Made by a program: the position numbers and the translations under genes
From: Phyllobates terribilis
Taxonomy: Eukaryota
DNA: 64,000 bases
Reading direction: 5' to 3'
Assembly (NCBI RefSeq): GCF_046119375.1
Contig: NW_027362771.1
Span: 585,032,001 to 585,096,000, forward strand
The notes under the pieces: model-generated
The model's database searches: none
What the model was told of the DNA's origin: nothing
Seen by the model: the letters and a program-made list of their open reading frames with translations, nothing else
Shown here: positions 53,160 to 62,962 of the stretch, one piece after another
Position numbering within the stretch: the first letter of the stretch is position 1
Layout of the letters: each line of letters begins with the position of its first letter

Positions 53160-55883
53160 CTACTCAGCCCCTGGAACCTTAGTCAATGACATTAGCCCAT
53201 TCCTTAGGGACCTACCATTTGTCACTGTCACTGACTTCGTCAGGTCACCTTTCCGGGTTGTAACTTTGTCAGGTCTCCCCCGCTCCCAGCGGTCAATCAA
53301 AACCCTGTCAGGTCTTCCCCGCTCCCAGCGGTCAATACAGCAGCGCGACTCGCATGCCCCGGTATCTAAGGTCCGGTTCGACTCCGTACTGTCCCGTCCT
53401 CTATTGGGTCGTTTGTATGGGCTGCTCAAACCGGAGTTACTGGAGGTCTCACTACCTCTAAACCCACGCCCACTACTCTCAGGACATCCTAAAAGGTCCC
53501 TAACTTCAGCTGTAGCTGTTCTGTTATTTAGGCGGCCCTTTCTCTGTCGGGTCTCACTATTTCTAGACGGCTTCCATCTTCTGCTGCTCAGATGATGCTG
53601 TCTATCTACTCGCAGTCTAGCGAGATTCAATTGTTCTACCTCCTGCAGGCAGGTCACTCGGTACTCAATCAGCATGCGTATATATTCTAGGCTTTCTTCT
53701 GTTCCTACCGCGGAAAAGGACACCATGCCGTCTTTGTCTGGTATCCAGTCCTGTTGATCACGTGGACTGCTTACTTTCACCACACCAGACTTCTTGACCA
53801 TCATCTGCATGGCTCGACCGCTTCTCCCAATGAGCTTTCTCACCAGAACATGAGGCACCCGGATGACCTCTTCACGCATACTGTGAGCTTTTCTCCTAAG
53901 CTCCAGTTGTCTAACGGCTTGTTCCGTCTTCAACAGGAGAAACCGCTTCGTGCGAACACATCGCCAGTGCATGTCACTTAGGATAGCCACCCTCTTCACT
54001 GTGACTTTGGTCGTGGACAGGACCACCAGCTGTTTAGTTTCTGAGGTCAAGTAGACCTTACAGGCTCCCACAGCCTTCTTAAACTCTTCATGCACGGACT
54101 CACGGGTGCATTCTTCCCTCAAGTCCTCGGGTACTTCTACGAGGCACTTGTACCGAGACGTTTCGGTCTCACCAGTGGTTTCCAGACGATCAACCAGCTC
54201 AGGTTTCAGGAACAACTGACTTCCAGCTTCTTCACCCTGGATGCTTCCCCTGAGCTGACTCACAGCTACCACTTCACAACTTTTCGTCTTGACCACCTCC
54301 ACTTCACCTTTATCTTCCAACACCATACTTTTAGCTCTCCTCAGGTCCTCCTTCTCAGGGTCTAAGGGAGTAAGTGCAACTTGTTTGCCTTTTCCCTTCT
54401 CCAAGGAGACCTCGTTCACCACGTGACACTTTGCTAGGCGACCTTTGAGCTCTAAAACTTCTCCTTCCAGCTCAGTTACTCGCCTCTCAGCGGCCCGTCT
54501 CTGAAGCTCTTCCTGCTTCAACTGCTCTTCCAGCAGCAGAGCTCTCTCAGACCTCTCCGTCTCCAATGTGCCCACTCGGCGCTCAATAGCCAGTCTCTCA
54601 CGCTTCTCTTGCGTCCACTGGGTTTGTAGCAACTCCTTGAGCTCCCTGATCTCGGCTCTTACTTCCACCGAATCATCCAAGCTCGCATCACTCGAGGAGG
54701 TATCTGTTTCACACCTCCCCTCACCAGCGGCCAACTCCTGGCCCTGGTCTGTGGCTTCTCTGACGGACTCCTCCATCTTTTTCCGCTCAGCTTCCATCTT
54801 GCTGACTGTTTCTTTAAGGCACGTCTCCGCCCTCTGGAGAGTATCACAGGACATCTGTAGCTCCTTCACCTGAGCTTCCAGATCTAGGGTCTTTCCACGG
54901 AGACCATCATTCTCCTCACGGGTGTCTTGCAGAGTGGTCTCAACCACTTGGCGCACTTGCTCTGCACCCGCCTTATCCTCCTCTAGTTTTTCCTTCACCT
55001 TGAGGAGATCTTCATAATCTCTCTTACTCTGTTGCAGTTCCCTACTGCGTTCACTACACACCTTCTTGGAGTCACACAGCTCCTGGTTGAGCTGTTTGCG
55101 CAGTCGTTCTAGGATTTGTTCACGTCCAGAAACACCATCCTGCCGCGCCTCCTTCTCAAGCTTCAACTGCAAAACCTCTTCCTTGATTTTGCGGCGGTCC
55201 TCCTTAATTGCGTAGAACATTTCCTTCCAATGGTTAATTTCCGCGTTGCTTCCCTCCACGTCTCGCTGCCAGTTCCTCATAACCTGGTATATTTTCTGCT
55301 GTTCAGACTCCAGGTTCAGCTGGTCTGCGGACACGTCACTCTGACACTGTTGCCTGATAGGCTCCAGTTCCTGGTCATGACTGGCCACCTTCTCTTTCGG
55401 GTCTGTCAGATCCTGATCCGTCAGTCTCAGTACCGTACCGGAGGTTGCTACTGGAAACGTCACCTCCTCTTCTACCTCTAAAGGAGGATCCACACTTGAA
55501 GCATAGGCACACAGTACTACATTCTTTTTATTTTCATTTTCAGCCAAGTCTACAGGAGCAACCTTTTTGTGGCCCTTGCGCCGTCTACGAGATGGGGACT
55601 CTCTCACCTCGTCTAGCCCCTCCTGACTGAACTCACTTTTTACTTTCATAGTGTCACAGTCAGCTACGGGGTCTGTGTCACTACCCATGGTGTTGTGGAC
55701 TAACAGGTCACCTCCCACTTTGACTTCACCCCCTTCTACTGGAGTTACCCCGTTATCAACGGTCACATTGTCATTTTTAGGAGGCACCAACCCACCAACA
55801 GTAACAATTTTCAGTTTTCTACACTCCACACTCGTGAAAATCCACCCCTTTTTTAGACTCCGCCCCCTTTTTAACAACCACAC
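53160..55883 (-). CDS. Chimeric cargo ORF: coiled coil (cingulin-like) + FXR1-derived KH0/KH2/C-terminal fragment; 907 codons open (842 aa from the first ATG at 55688)
   Basis: Open with no introns. aa ~577-762 align with recalled FXR1 (VPEDLRE, FKKAVGAC, TVKRV.ILSDMH, K.IGRSG...KSGVV, DGMV, LQEVEQL). aa ~831-846 DSTESNRTLDTGACES matches FXR1 DNTESDQTADTDASES. aa ~284-385 align without gaps to the recalled cingulin rod. Confidence 0.85.
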   Translation of the reverse strand: MWLLKRGRSLKKGWIFTSVECRKLKIVTVGGLVPPKNDNVTVDNGVTPVEGGEVKVGGDLLVHNTMGSDTDPVADCDTMKVKSEFSQEGLDEVRESPSRRRRKGHKKVAPVDLAENENKKNVVLCAYASSVDPPLEVEEEVTFPVATSGTVLRLTDQDLTDPKEKVASHDQELEPIRQQCQSDVSADQLNLESEQQKIYQVMRNWQRDVEGSNAEINHWKEMFYAIKEDRRKIKEEVLQLKLEKEARQDGVSGREQILERLRKQLNQELCDSKKVCSERSRELQQSKRDYEDLLKVKEKLEEDKAGAEQVRQVVETTLQDTREENDGLRGKTLDLEAQVKELQMSCDTLQRAETCLKETVSKMEAERKKMEESVREATDQGQELAAGEGRCETDTSSSDASLDDSVEVRAEIRELKELLQTQWTQEKRERLAIERRVGTLETERSERALLLEEQLKQEELQRRAAERRVTELEGEVLELKGRLAKCHVVNEVSLEKGKGKQVALTPLDPEKEDLRRAKSMVLEDKGEVEVVKTKSCEVVAVSQLRGSIQGEEAGSQLFLKPELVDRLETTGETETSRYKCLVEVPEDLREECTRESVHEEFKKAVGACKVYLTSETKQLVVLSTTKVTVKRVAILSDMHWRCVRTKRFLLLKTEQAVRQLELRRKAHSMREEVIRVPHVLVRKLIGRSGRAMQMMVKKSGVVKVSSPRDQQDWIPDKDGMVSFSAVGTEESLEYIRMLIEYRVTCLQEVEQLNLARLRVDRQHHLSSRRWKPSRNSETRQRKGRLNNRTATAEVRDLLGCPESSGRGFRGSETSSNSGLSSPYKRPNRGRDSTESNRTLDTGACESRCCIDRWERGRPDRVLIDRWERGRPDKVTTRKGDLTKSVTVTNGRSLRNGLMSLTKVPGAE

Positions 55884-56154
55884 CGGCAGGGTAATTTTTA
55901 CACAAAAAATCTGCAGTAGTCTTAGGACTCAGTTCACAACATCTCTTACCACCTCCCCGGGCACTCTGGGACAACACTGGCGCCCCCGGAGAGTCCATAG
56001 AATGGTCCACTGCAGCCATTCCATATGGTGCCCACAGCTCCTGCGGTTCCTGCACCATGTCCAGAAAAAGTTTCCCAAATACCTGCTCCGGTCCCAACCG
56101 GTCCTTCAACCGCTCAATAGCTCCAGACAGATCTGCTGCTTTGCTCACAGCCAT
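55819..56154 (-). CDS. 111-aa upstream ORF overlapping the cargo ORF in another frame (possible N-terminal part of it)
   Basis: ATG at 56154 lies ~230 nt after the 5' LTR. It overlaps the main ORF across A/G homopolymer runs. Confidence 0.45.
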   Translation of the reverse strand: MAVSKAADLSGAIERLKDRLGPEQVFGKLFLDMVQEPQELWAPYGMAAVDHSMDSPGAPVLSQSARGGGKRCCELSPKTTADFLCKNYPAGVVVKKGAESKKGVDFHECGV

Positions 56155-56363
56155 CGCGGTACACTGTTCACACTAGCACTTCATCGCTCTCCCGGAAAAA
56201 TTTTCGTGGCCCCACCAAGCCACCGCAAAACGGGATTTGAGTGCGATGAGAATCTTCGCAACCCCGCCGAGTTGCCGCAAGATGCTTTATCCACACTCGT
56301 CGTCCTGTGCCGTTGCCCCTAGCAACCGGGGTTGTCGTTGCCACTAGCAACCGGGCTGCCGTT

Positions 56364-56381
56364 GCCCGCACTCTCGAACCA
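56364..56381 (-). other. Primer-binding-site-like sequence (atypical)
   Basis: TGGTTCGAGAGTGCGGGC starts 2 nt after the end of the 5' LTR. Confidence 0.55.
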
Positions 56382-56383
56382 TA

Positions 56384-57292
56384 TGTAAGGCAGCGCTAGT
56401 CATCATACTGGGGGTAACTCGCTTCGCTGCGTCAATCAATGCACACGTGCAATGTCTTTACCTTTTTCACACAGTGTTGCAGTTTATTATGGCACTTCAT
56501 AAACCGCTGTTCACACACAGTTCATCTTAGTCCGCCACCGGCAGGTTTACACACAAACAATTCATGAGCCAAGTGGCACACCGGCCCACTTGCTCCAGGG
56601 TACAGCTTACGGCAAGGTAATAAAGTAGCAATGTTCATATCACAATGTCCATATAGCACCGGGTATTACCTTTGCCGGGTATAGCTGTCTCAGTCCGTTA
56701 CTCCGCCACCACTGTGGCTCTGCGGCTTCCCAGGTAGGGGTCTCCAGCCGTCGTTCCCTCAAAGGCCACTGACATCCACACAGGATCCAGGCGCTGCCTT
56801 CCAGGACTCTTACTCAAGCCGGCTCTCCCTCAAAGGCCACTGACATCCGCACAGGATCCAGGCTCGACCTTTCAGGTACCAGGCTTCACTTCAAAGCCGC
56901 TGCCTTCCAAGGCCACCAGCATCCGCACAGGATCTAGTCTTTGCCTTCAGGCTGCCAGGCTTCACGGTATCACGGTATCCCACACACACATGGGGAACAG
57001 GCCTCACGCCTCTCACACCGAACACACCTGTCTCAAATTAAGCAGGTTTATATATGCTGTGCACAGACAGCCTCATACTGACAGGACCTTGCTGATGTCA
57101 CAGTCATGTGATCAGTCAGCTGTGTGTATAGGTCCTGTGTGCTGTCCCAGTCATGTATACAGAGCTTTACTGTGCATGCAGGACCTGGGTGATGTCACAG
57201 TCATGTGACCAGTCAGATAAAGGGGAAGGTACATGGTCCAGTAAGCACATCCTGGACCATTTACAGTAATGCTAGCAACCTGCTGCATTACA
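56384..57292 (-). repeat. 5' LTR (909 bp)
   Basis: Differs from the other LTR by about six substitutions and one CA indel (by eye). Confidence 0.95.
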
Positions 57293-57363
57293 GTATATAT
57301 ATATGAACAGTATAGGAACATCACAGGCTGTGTATATAGATATGTATGTGTATGTGTATATAT

Positions 57364-58622
57364 ACGAGGGGCGTTCATTAAAGATTTCCCCTGACCCTCT
57401 TCTATTTATCACAGGATGCTAAAATTTCACATGTATAATGATATAAGTCTCTATAGGTTACGTGCCAATTTGCAGCTCAGAACTGATTACGGTCTTGATG
57501 TTACAGGTGCTGAAGTGGTGTGAGGTTTGATAATGGACCCAGTCATCAAGTTCCTGTACTTGAAAGGTCGCACCCCAGAGGAGACGTTCGATGACATGAA
57601 AGAGGTTTATGGTGATGATTCCCCATCAGATCATGTAGTCAAGAACTGGCATCGTCAATTGAAATGTGGTCGGACTTCGGTGCAAACAGTTCCAATTCCA
57701 GAGCGACCCCCATTCTGCTATTGAACACACCATTCAGCAAGTGGAAGTCGCCATTTTGGAAAATTGCAGCGTAACCATTCGCCATCTAGCCCAAAATGTC
57801 AAGATTAGTGTGGGGTCTGTGGAAAAAAATCATCCAAGACCATCTTCACATGCATAAGCTATCCGCTTGCTGGGTTCCCCGGCTGCTCGCACCTTTCCAG
57901 AAGCAAGAACGAGTCGAATGCTCTCAGGCTCAATTGACGATGTGCCATGGAAACCAGGAGGACTTTTACAACAGACTGATCACACAGAATGAAAGCTAAG
58001 TCCATCACTATGATCCTGAGACTAAAGTCCAGTCGATGCAATAGAAGCATCATGACTCACCGCCTCCAAAGAAGGCTGGTGGCCAACCCTCGGCAGGCCA
58101 GGTCATGCGCACAGTATTTTTGGACCAGCACGGAGTAGTATTGATGGATTTCCTAGCAAAGGGTACCATGATCACTGGGGCATACTATGCTTCACTGCTG
58201 CGGAAATTGCAGGAGGCCTTCAAAACCAAGAGACGTGGCATGTTCACCAAAGATGTCCGCCTTCTGCAAGACAATGCACCAGTTCACAACTCACATGATG
58301 CCAAAATGGAAGCTGCTCCTGTGGCTTTGAAATTGTACCGCACCCCCCTTATTCACCCGGCCTCGCACCATCGGACTTCCACCTCTTTCCCACAATGAAG
58401 TTATTTTTGAAGGACAAGCATTTTCCAGATGATGAGACTCTGATTTCCAAAGTCACAACGTGGCTTTTGGAGCAACCTGACAACTTCTACAAGCGAGGTG
58501 TTTACAGCTGCTTAAAGAGAGGGGGGAAGTGTGTGTCCTTAGGTGGCACCTATGTAGGAAAGGACTAATAACTGTGCCAAGTTTCATTGCTCTCAGTCCA
58601 CAGGAAGTGGGTCAGGGGCCAG
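57364..58622 (+). pseudogene. Decayed mariner (DD34D-type) transposon
   Basis: 5' end TA|CGAGGGGCGTTCATTAAAG. Remnant motifs WVPRLL, HHYDPE, LQDNAPVH and HPPYSP.LAPSDF across frameshifts and stops (~57533-58568). Confidence 0.88.
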
Positions 58623-58657
58623 TGTGTGTGTGTACATGGATGCATATAATAAGCAGT

Positions 58658-58793
58658 NNNNNNNNNNNNNNNNNNNNNNNNNNNNNNNNNNNNNNNNNNN
58701 NNNNNNNNNNNNNNNNNNNNNNNNNNNNNNNNNNNNNNNNNNNNNNNNNNNNNNNNNNNNNNNNNNNNNNNNNNNNNNNNNNNNNNNNNNNNN
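58658..58793. other. Assembly gap (136 N)
   Basis: Run of N. Confidence 1.
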
Positions 58794-60419
58794 GCACCCC
58801 TATTAATCTTCAGCTTATTGTTTTATATAAATTGGTGTTTTTGCACCAGCTATTTCAGCTTGATATATGTAATAACTGTTGGACACAGTAATGGTTCTGC
58901 CTTGAAATGAGGTTTATTGTACTAACAGAAAATGTGCAATCTGCATTCAAACAAAATTTGACAGGTGCATAAGTATGGGCACCTCACCAGAAAAGTGACA
59001 TTAATATTAAGTAGATCCTCCTTTTGCAAAAATAACAGCCTCTAGTCGCTTCCTGTAGCTTTTAATGAGTTCCTGGATCCTGGATGAAGGTATTTTTGAC
59101 CATTCCTCTTTACAAAACAATTCCAGTTCAGTTAAGTTTGATGGTCGCCGAGCATGGACAGCCCTCTTCAAATGATCCCACAGATGTTCAATGATATTCC
59201 GGTCTGGGGACTGGGATGGCCATTCCAGAACATTGTAATTGTTCCTCTGCATGAATGACTGAGTAGATTTGGAGCGGTGTTTTGGATCATTGTCTTGCTG
59301 AAAGATCCATCCCCTGCGTAACTTCAACTTTATCACCGATTCTTGAACATTATCGTCAAGAATCTGCTGATACTGAGTGGAATCCATGCGTCCCTCAACT
59401 TTAACAAGATTCCCGGTGCCGGCATTGGCCACACAGCCCCAAAGCATGATGGAACCTCCACCAAATTTTACTGTGGGTAGCAAGTGTTTTTCTTGGAATG
59501 CTGTGTTTTTTTGCCGCCATGCATAACGCCTTTTTGTATGACCAAACAACTCAATCTTGGTTTCATCAGTCCACAGGACCTTCTTCCAAAAAGAAATTGG
59601 CTTCTCCAAATGTGCTTTTGCATACCTCAGCCGACTCTGTTTGTGGCGTGCTTGCAGAAACGGCTTCTTTCGCATCACTCTCCCATACAGCTTCTCCTTG
59701 TGCAAAGTGCGTTGTATAGTTGACCGATGCACAGTGACACCATCTGCAGCAAGTTGATGCTGCAGCTCTCTGGAGGTGGTCTGAGGATTGTCCTTGACTG
59801 ATCTCACCATTCTTCTTCTCTGCCTTTCTGATGTTTTTCTTGGCCTGCCACTTCTGGCCTTAACAAGAACTGTCCCTGTGTTCTTCCATTTCCTTACTAT
59901 GTTCCTCACAGTGGAAACTGACAGGTTAAATCTCTGAGACAGCTTTTTGTATCCTTCCCCTGAACAACTATGTTGAATAACCTTTGTTTTCAGATCATTT
60001 GACAGTTGTTTTGAGGAGCCCATGATGCCACTCTTCAGTGGAGATTCAAACAGGAGAACAACTTGCAAGTGGCCACTTTAAGTAGCTTTTCTCATGATTG
60101 CATACACCTGGTTATGGAGTTCAAAGCTCAATGAGGTTACAAAACCAAAAAAAGTGCTGTAGTAAGTCAGTAAAAAGCAGGTAGGAGTATTTAAAACAAG
60201 AAAATGATAAGGGTGCCCATACTTATGCACCTGTCAAATTTTGTTTGAATGCAGATTGCACATTTTCTGTTAGTACAATAAACCTCATTTCAAGGCCGAA
60301 ACATTACTGTGTCCAACAGTTATTACATATATCAAAGTGAAATAGCTGTTGCAAAAACACCAATTTTTATAAAACATTAAGCTTAAGATTAATAGGGGTG
60401 CCCAAACTTTTTCATATAA

Positions 60420-60422
<3 letters not shown>
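58794..60422 (-). mobile_element. Tc1-like IR/DR transposon (DD34E); one tip lies in the gap
   Basis: ~200-bp TIRs with outer GGGGTGCCCAAACTTTTTC and inner GGGTGCCCATACTTATGC repeats. Ends ...ataactg|TA into a (TA)n run. Confidence 0.92.
59007..60020 (-). CDS. Tc1 transposase, near-intact, 337 aa from ATG 60020
   Basis: WTDE, QQDNDPKH and a D34E spacing (counted). SPDLNPIE is altered to SPDRNIIE. The stop falls at the K of the terminal TKY (ACT TAA TAT TAA). Confidence 0.85.
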   Translation of the reverse strand, partial: GSSKQLSNDLKTKVIQHSCSGEGYKKLSQRFNLSVSTVRNIVRKWKNTGTVLVKARSGRPRKTSERQRRRMVRSVKDNPQTTSRELQHQLAADGVTVHRSTIQRTLHKEKLYGRVMRKKPFLQARHKQSRLRYAKAHLEKPISFWKKVLWTDETKIELFGHTKRRYAWRQKNTAFQEKHLLPTVKFGGGSIMLWGCVANAGTGNLVKVEGRMDSTQYQQILDDNVQESVIKLKLRRGWIFQQDNDPKHRSKSTQSFMQRNNYNVLEWPSQSPDRNIIEHLWDHLKRAVHARRPSNLTELELFCKEEWSKIPSSRIQELIKSYRKRLEAVIFAKGGST

Positions 60423-60454
<32 letters not shown>

Positions 60455-60559
60455 CAGTATAGGCACATCACAGGGTGTGTATGATTTTTTTCCATTGCTA
60501 TGCCACCTGATCACCAGCAGGGTGCGCACTTTCCTAACAGAACGCAAGTCATAGCAGCT

Positions 60560-60720
60560 AATAGTCCATCCTGTAGCCACGCCCCCATCCCTTTTATTGG
60601 TGCCCTTACTGTTTCCACGGTTACACCTAGTCGCCGCTCCGCACAAGGTACAGAGAGTTCCTGTCGCCGTGACGTCATCTCCAGGCGTCGGCTGTTCGGG
60701 CGGTGTCCTAGGAGACAGGT
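60560..60720 (+). promoter_or_regulatory. Probable FBXW9 promoter / non-coding first exon
   Basis: CpG-rich patch with ATTGG (~60596), TGACGTCA (~60670) and a candidate donor CAG|GTGTGT (~60718). An acceptor-like ...ggtgtag| at 62460 precedes the ATG. Confidence 0.45.
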
Positions 60721-62507
60721 GTGTAGAGCTGAAGAGAGTGAGAAACATGACGAAATGTCTATATGTCGGCGGTTACTCGGTGCTGCCCTCAGTGTAAGGC
60801 TCCTGTATAGCACTGCCCCTGTATACAGCCTGGCATGGGTCGGTATTGCCGGATCATCTCAGTAAATGGCTACTGAGCCTCATATAATGGGTATAAATGG
60901 TGTTACTGTGGGAATGCAGCAGATAACTGTAGGTATTGGGATAGTGATATGGGGCCTTAGAGGGGTTGTCAGGTCATGGTGATAACTAGGTGTTGTGATA
61001 GGGGTTGTCAGCGGCTGCACGAAAGGAAGGAAAGCCATAATAATCCACCATTCCTCTCCTTCTATCCAGCTGCTCTCTGGTAACTGTGGCGCCGCAGTGA
61101 CATCATGCAGACACGTGACTGCTCCAGCCAATCCCCAGCCTCGGCTGTCTTGTGCTGTGATGGGCTGCAGCAGTCAGGTGATAGTGTGTGATGTCCGATG
61201 GCCTCTTCTACAGCCTTTTAGTCCGCAATCCCTTCTGCATAGCACAAACATACCCTTTATCATACAGTCCGGCCAATGGGTGTTGCTGGTCTGGATCCAT
61301 CGCCTCCTCACTAGTCGCAAGCGCTGCCCTGTTGGTGTCATGTGCCTGCAATTGCAAGCAGGAGGATCAACACCAGCAACGCCCATCAGACCGGACCGCA
61401 GCCTATGGGGGTACAATAAATTGTATTTTTGTGCTATGCAGAGGGGATTGCGGACTTGTAGCTTACTAAAATGCCATAAAGTGGCCTGAAAGGTTATGAC
61501 CGTACTTTATACAGGGAAAACCTGGTGACTGGCTCCCTCTAAAGGAGGACAAAAAAAGTGCGTGCACATTATAAAGGAAAAATCCACATTATATCTGTGC
61601 AAGATCTGATGTTCAGCTTGCAGGGGCAGATTTGACCATGGATTTTTAGCCCCCCTGTATTGAAAACCGTGAGATGTTCCAGGGATCAGCTGTAATGTGT
61701 TGGGGAACTCGCAAGCAATTGCTAAATTTACCTGCGGCGCCGTCACAGGAGTAATGCAGAGTTACACATTTCTCATTGAAATCAATGGGTTGTCCATGTT
61801 GTACAGAAAATTGCCAGGTACTCCCCAGCGAGACTCTTTGTAACCACCTGAGTTTGCGTGAATCGATAAGTGCGTCCCATACCATTGACCACAACAGCAG
61901 TGAGTGGCTCATAGGCGGATATTGGGGAGTACCACCTGACGACATCTGCAGCTCGCCTTTTGATTAGCCGGACTGGAACGACATCAGACCAGGCCAATGA
62001 ATGAAAAGAAAAGACGCAGATGCCATCAGGGGAGAGCCTGTTCTCCTTTTCCCGTCCAGTGACCCCTGACCATTGTCACAGCTTTACACACAGCTCAGCA
62101 TTCTGAGCTCTGCTAGACCTGCAGCAGAGAAAACGGTGATTGTATTACAACTGCTGCACCCAGTAAACTTAGTGACACATCGCTGGAATCAGAGTCTCTG
62201 CGTCTACACCATTCTGCTGTCATATTACATAGCCAAAGCTATTGATTGATTCCCTTAAACTAAAAATGGCCCTATTGTATTTGATAGTGGGTTTTGTGAA
62301 CTAACAGCCCCTTTAGGTTTCTTTGGTGGCTGATGTGAATGATGGCCAATGCCGGGGAATTAGCAGATTATTATAATCTGCCGTTAGTTATTTACGCTTC
62401 CTCCTATCTTCCGTCTCATGGATTACTTTTGTCCTTTAGTTTTCCTGCCCTCGGTGTAGATGCACAGATAGGAACGTTCAGGGACTTTGCCCACCCTGAT
62501 TATCACC

Positions 62508-62919
62508 ATGGCAAGTGCTCGGGAGGCAGAGTCTGATAACGACTCTGATGGGGAAACAGGAGAAGACCCTGAAAGACAAGCAATGGATTATGTCTCAAGG
62601 GTCCTAAGTACCGTGACGCTACAAGACAAAGCCAGGCGACAGCCGCACACTCTGCCTGTGGAAGCCCAGGATGGGATCCAGCATGGCGGCCTGGATCTGA
62701 AGAAGTCTCCTGTATCGGGGGAGGACGTAGAGGTGACGTCGCTGCTGTTACTTCTTCCCCTGGAGCTTATTTTGCACATTCTGTCGTTTCTGGAAGCACG
62801 GTTCATCCTCGGTGTCCTCCCCCTGGTGTGCCGCATGCTCCGAGATATCGTGTCACAGAAGGTAACCTGGAGGCTGAGGGTTCAGAAGAAGATCAGCTCC
62901 AGTTACCCCGTGGTGGAAC
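62508..62919 (+). CDS. FBXW9: F-box/WD repeat protein 9, first coding exon (gene continues right)
   Basis: Kozak ACCATGG at 62508. F-box LLLLPLELILHILSFLEARFILGVLPLVCRMLRDIVSQKVTWRLR...YPVVE matches recalled FBXW9. Donor GTGAGT at 62920. TNPO2-FBXW9 tandem synteny as in human. Confidence 0.9.
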
Positions 62920-62962
62920 GTGAGTTATAATCCTGCAATTCATTAACCTCTGCTAATACACA

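Larger units (their letters stand above)
52152..57292 (-). mobile_element. Young non-autonomous LTR retroelement carrying host-derived cargo
   Basis: Direct repeats 52152-53058 and 56384-57292, each TGTAA...TTACA. TSD GTAT (52148-51 / 57293-96). PPT and PBS-like TGG are on the minus strand. No gag zinc knuckle, PR, RT, RH or IN motifs were seen in the 3.3-kb interior. Confidence 0.95.

Noticed and set aside
54900-55700. Cargo ORF N-terminal part as a conventional Gag
   Set aside because: No CCHC knuckle, major homology region or recognisable capsid motif was seen. A remote Gag relationship cannot be excluded without HHpred.
60021-60068. N-terminal 16-aa extension of the DD34E transposase in the ORF track
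   Set aside because: It starts at a non-ATG codon. MGSSKQLS at 60020 matches normal Tc1 starts.
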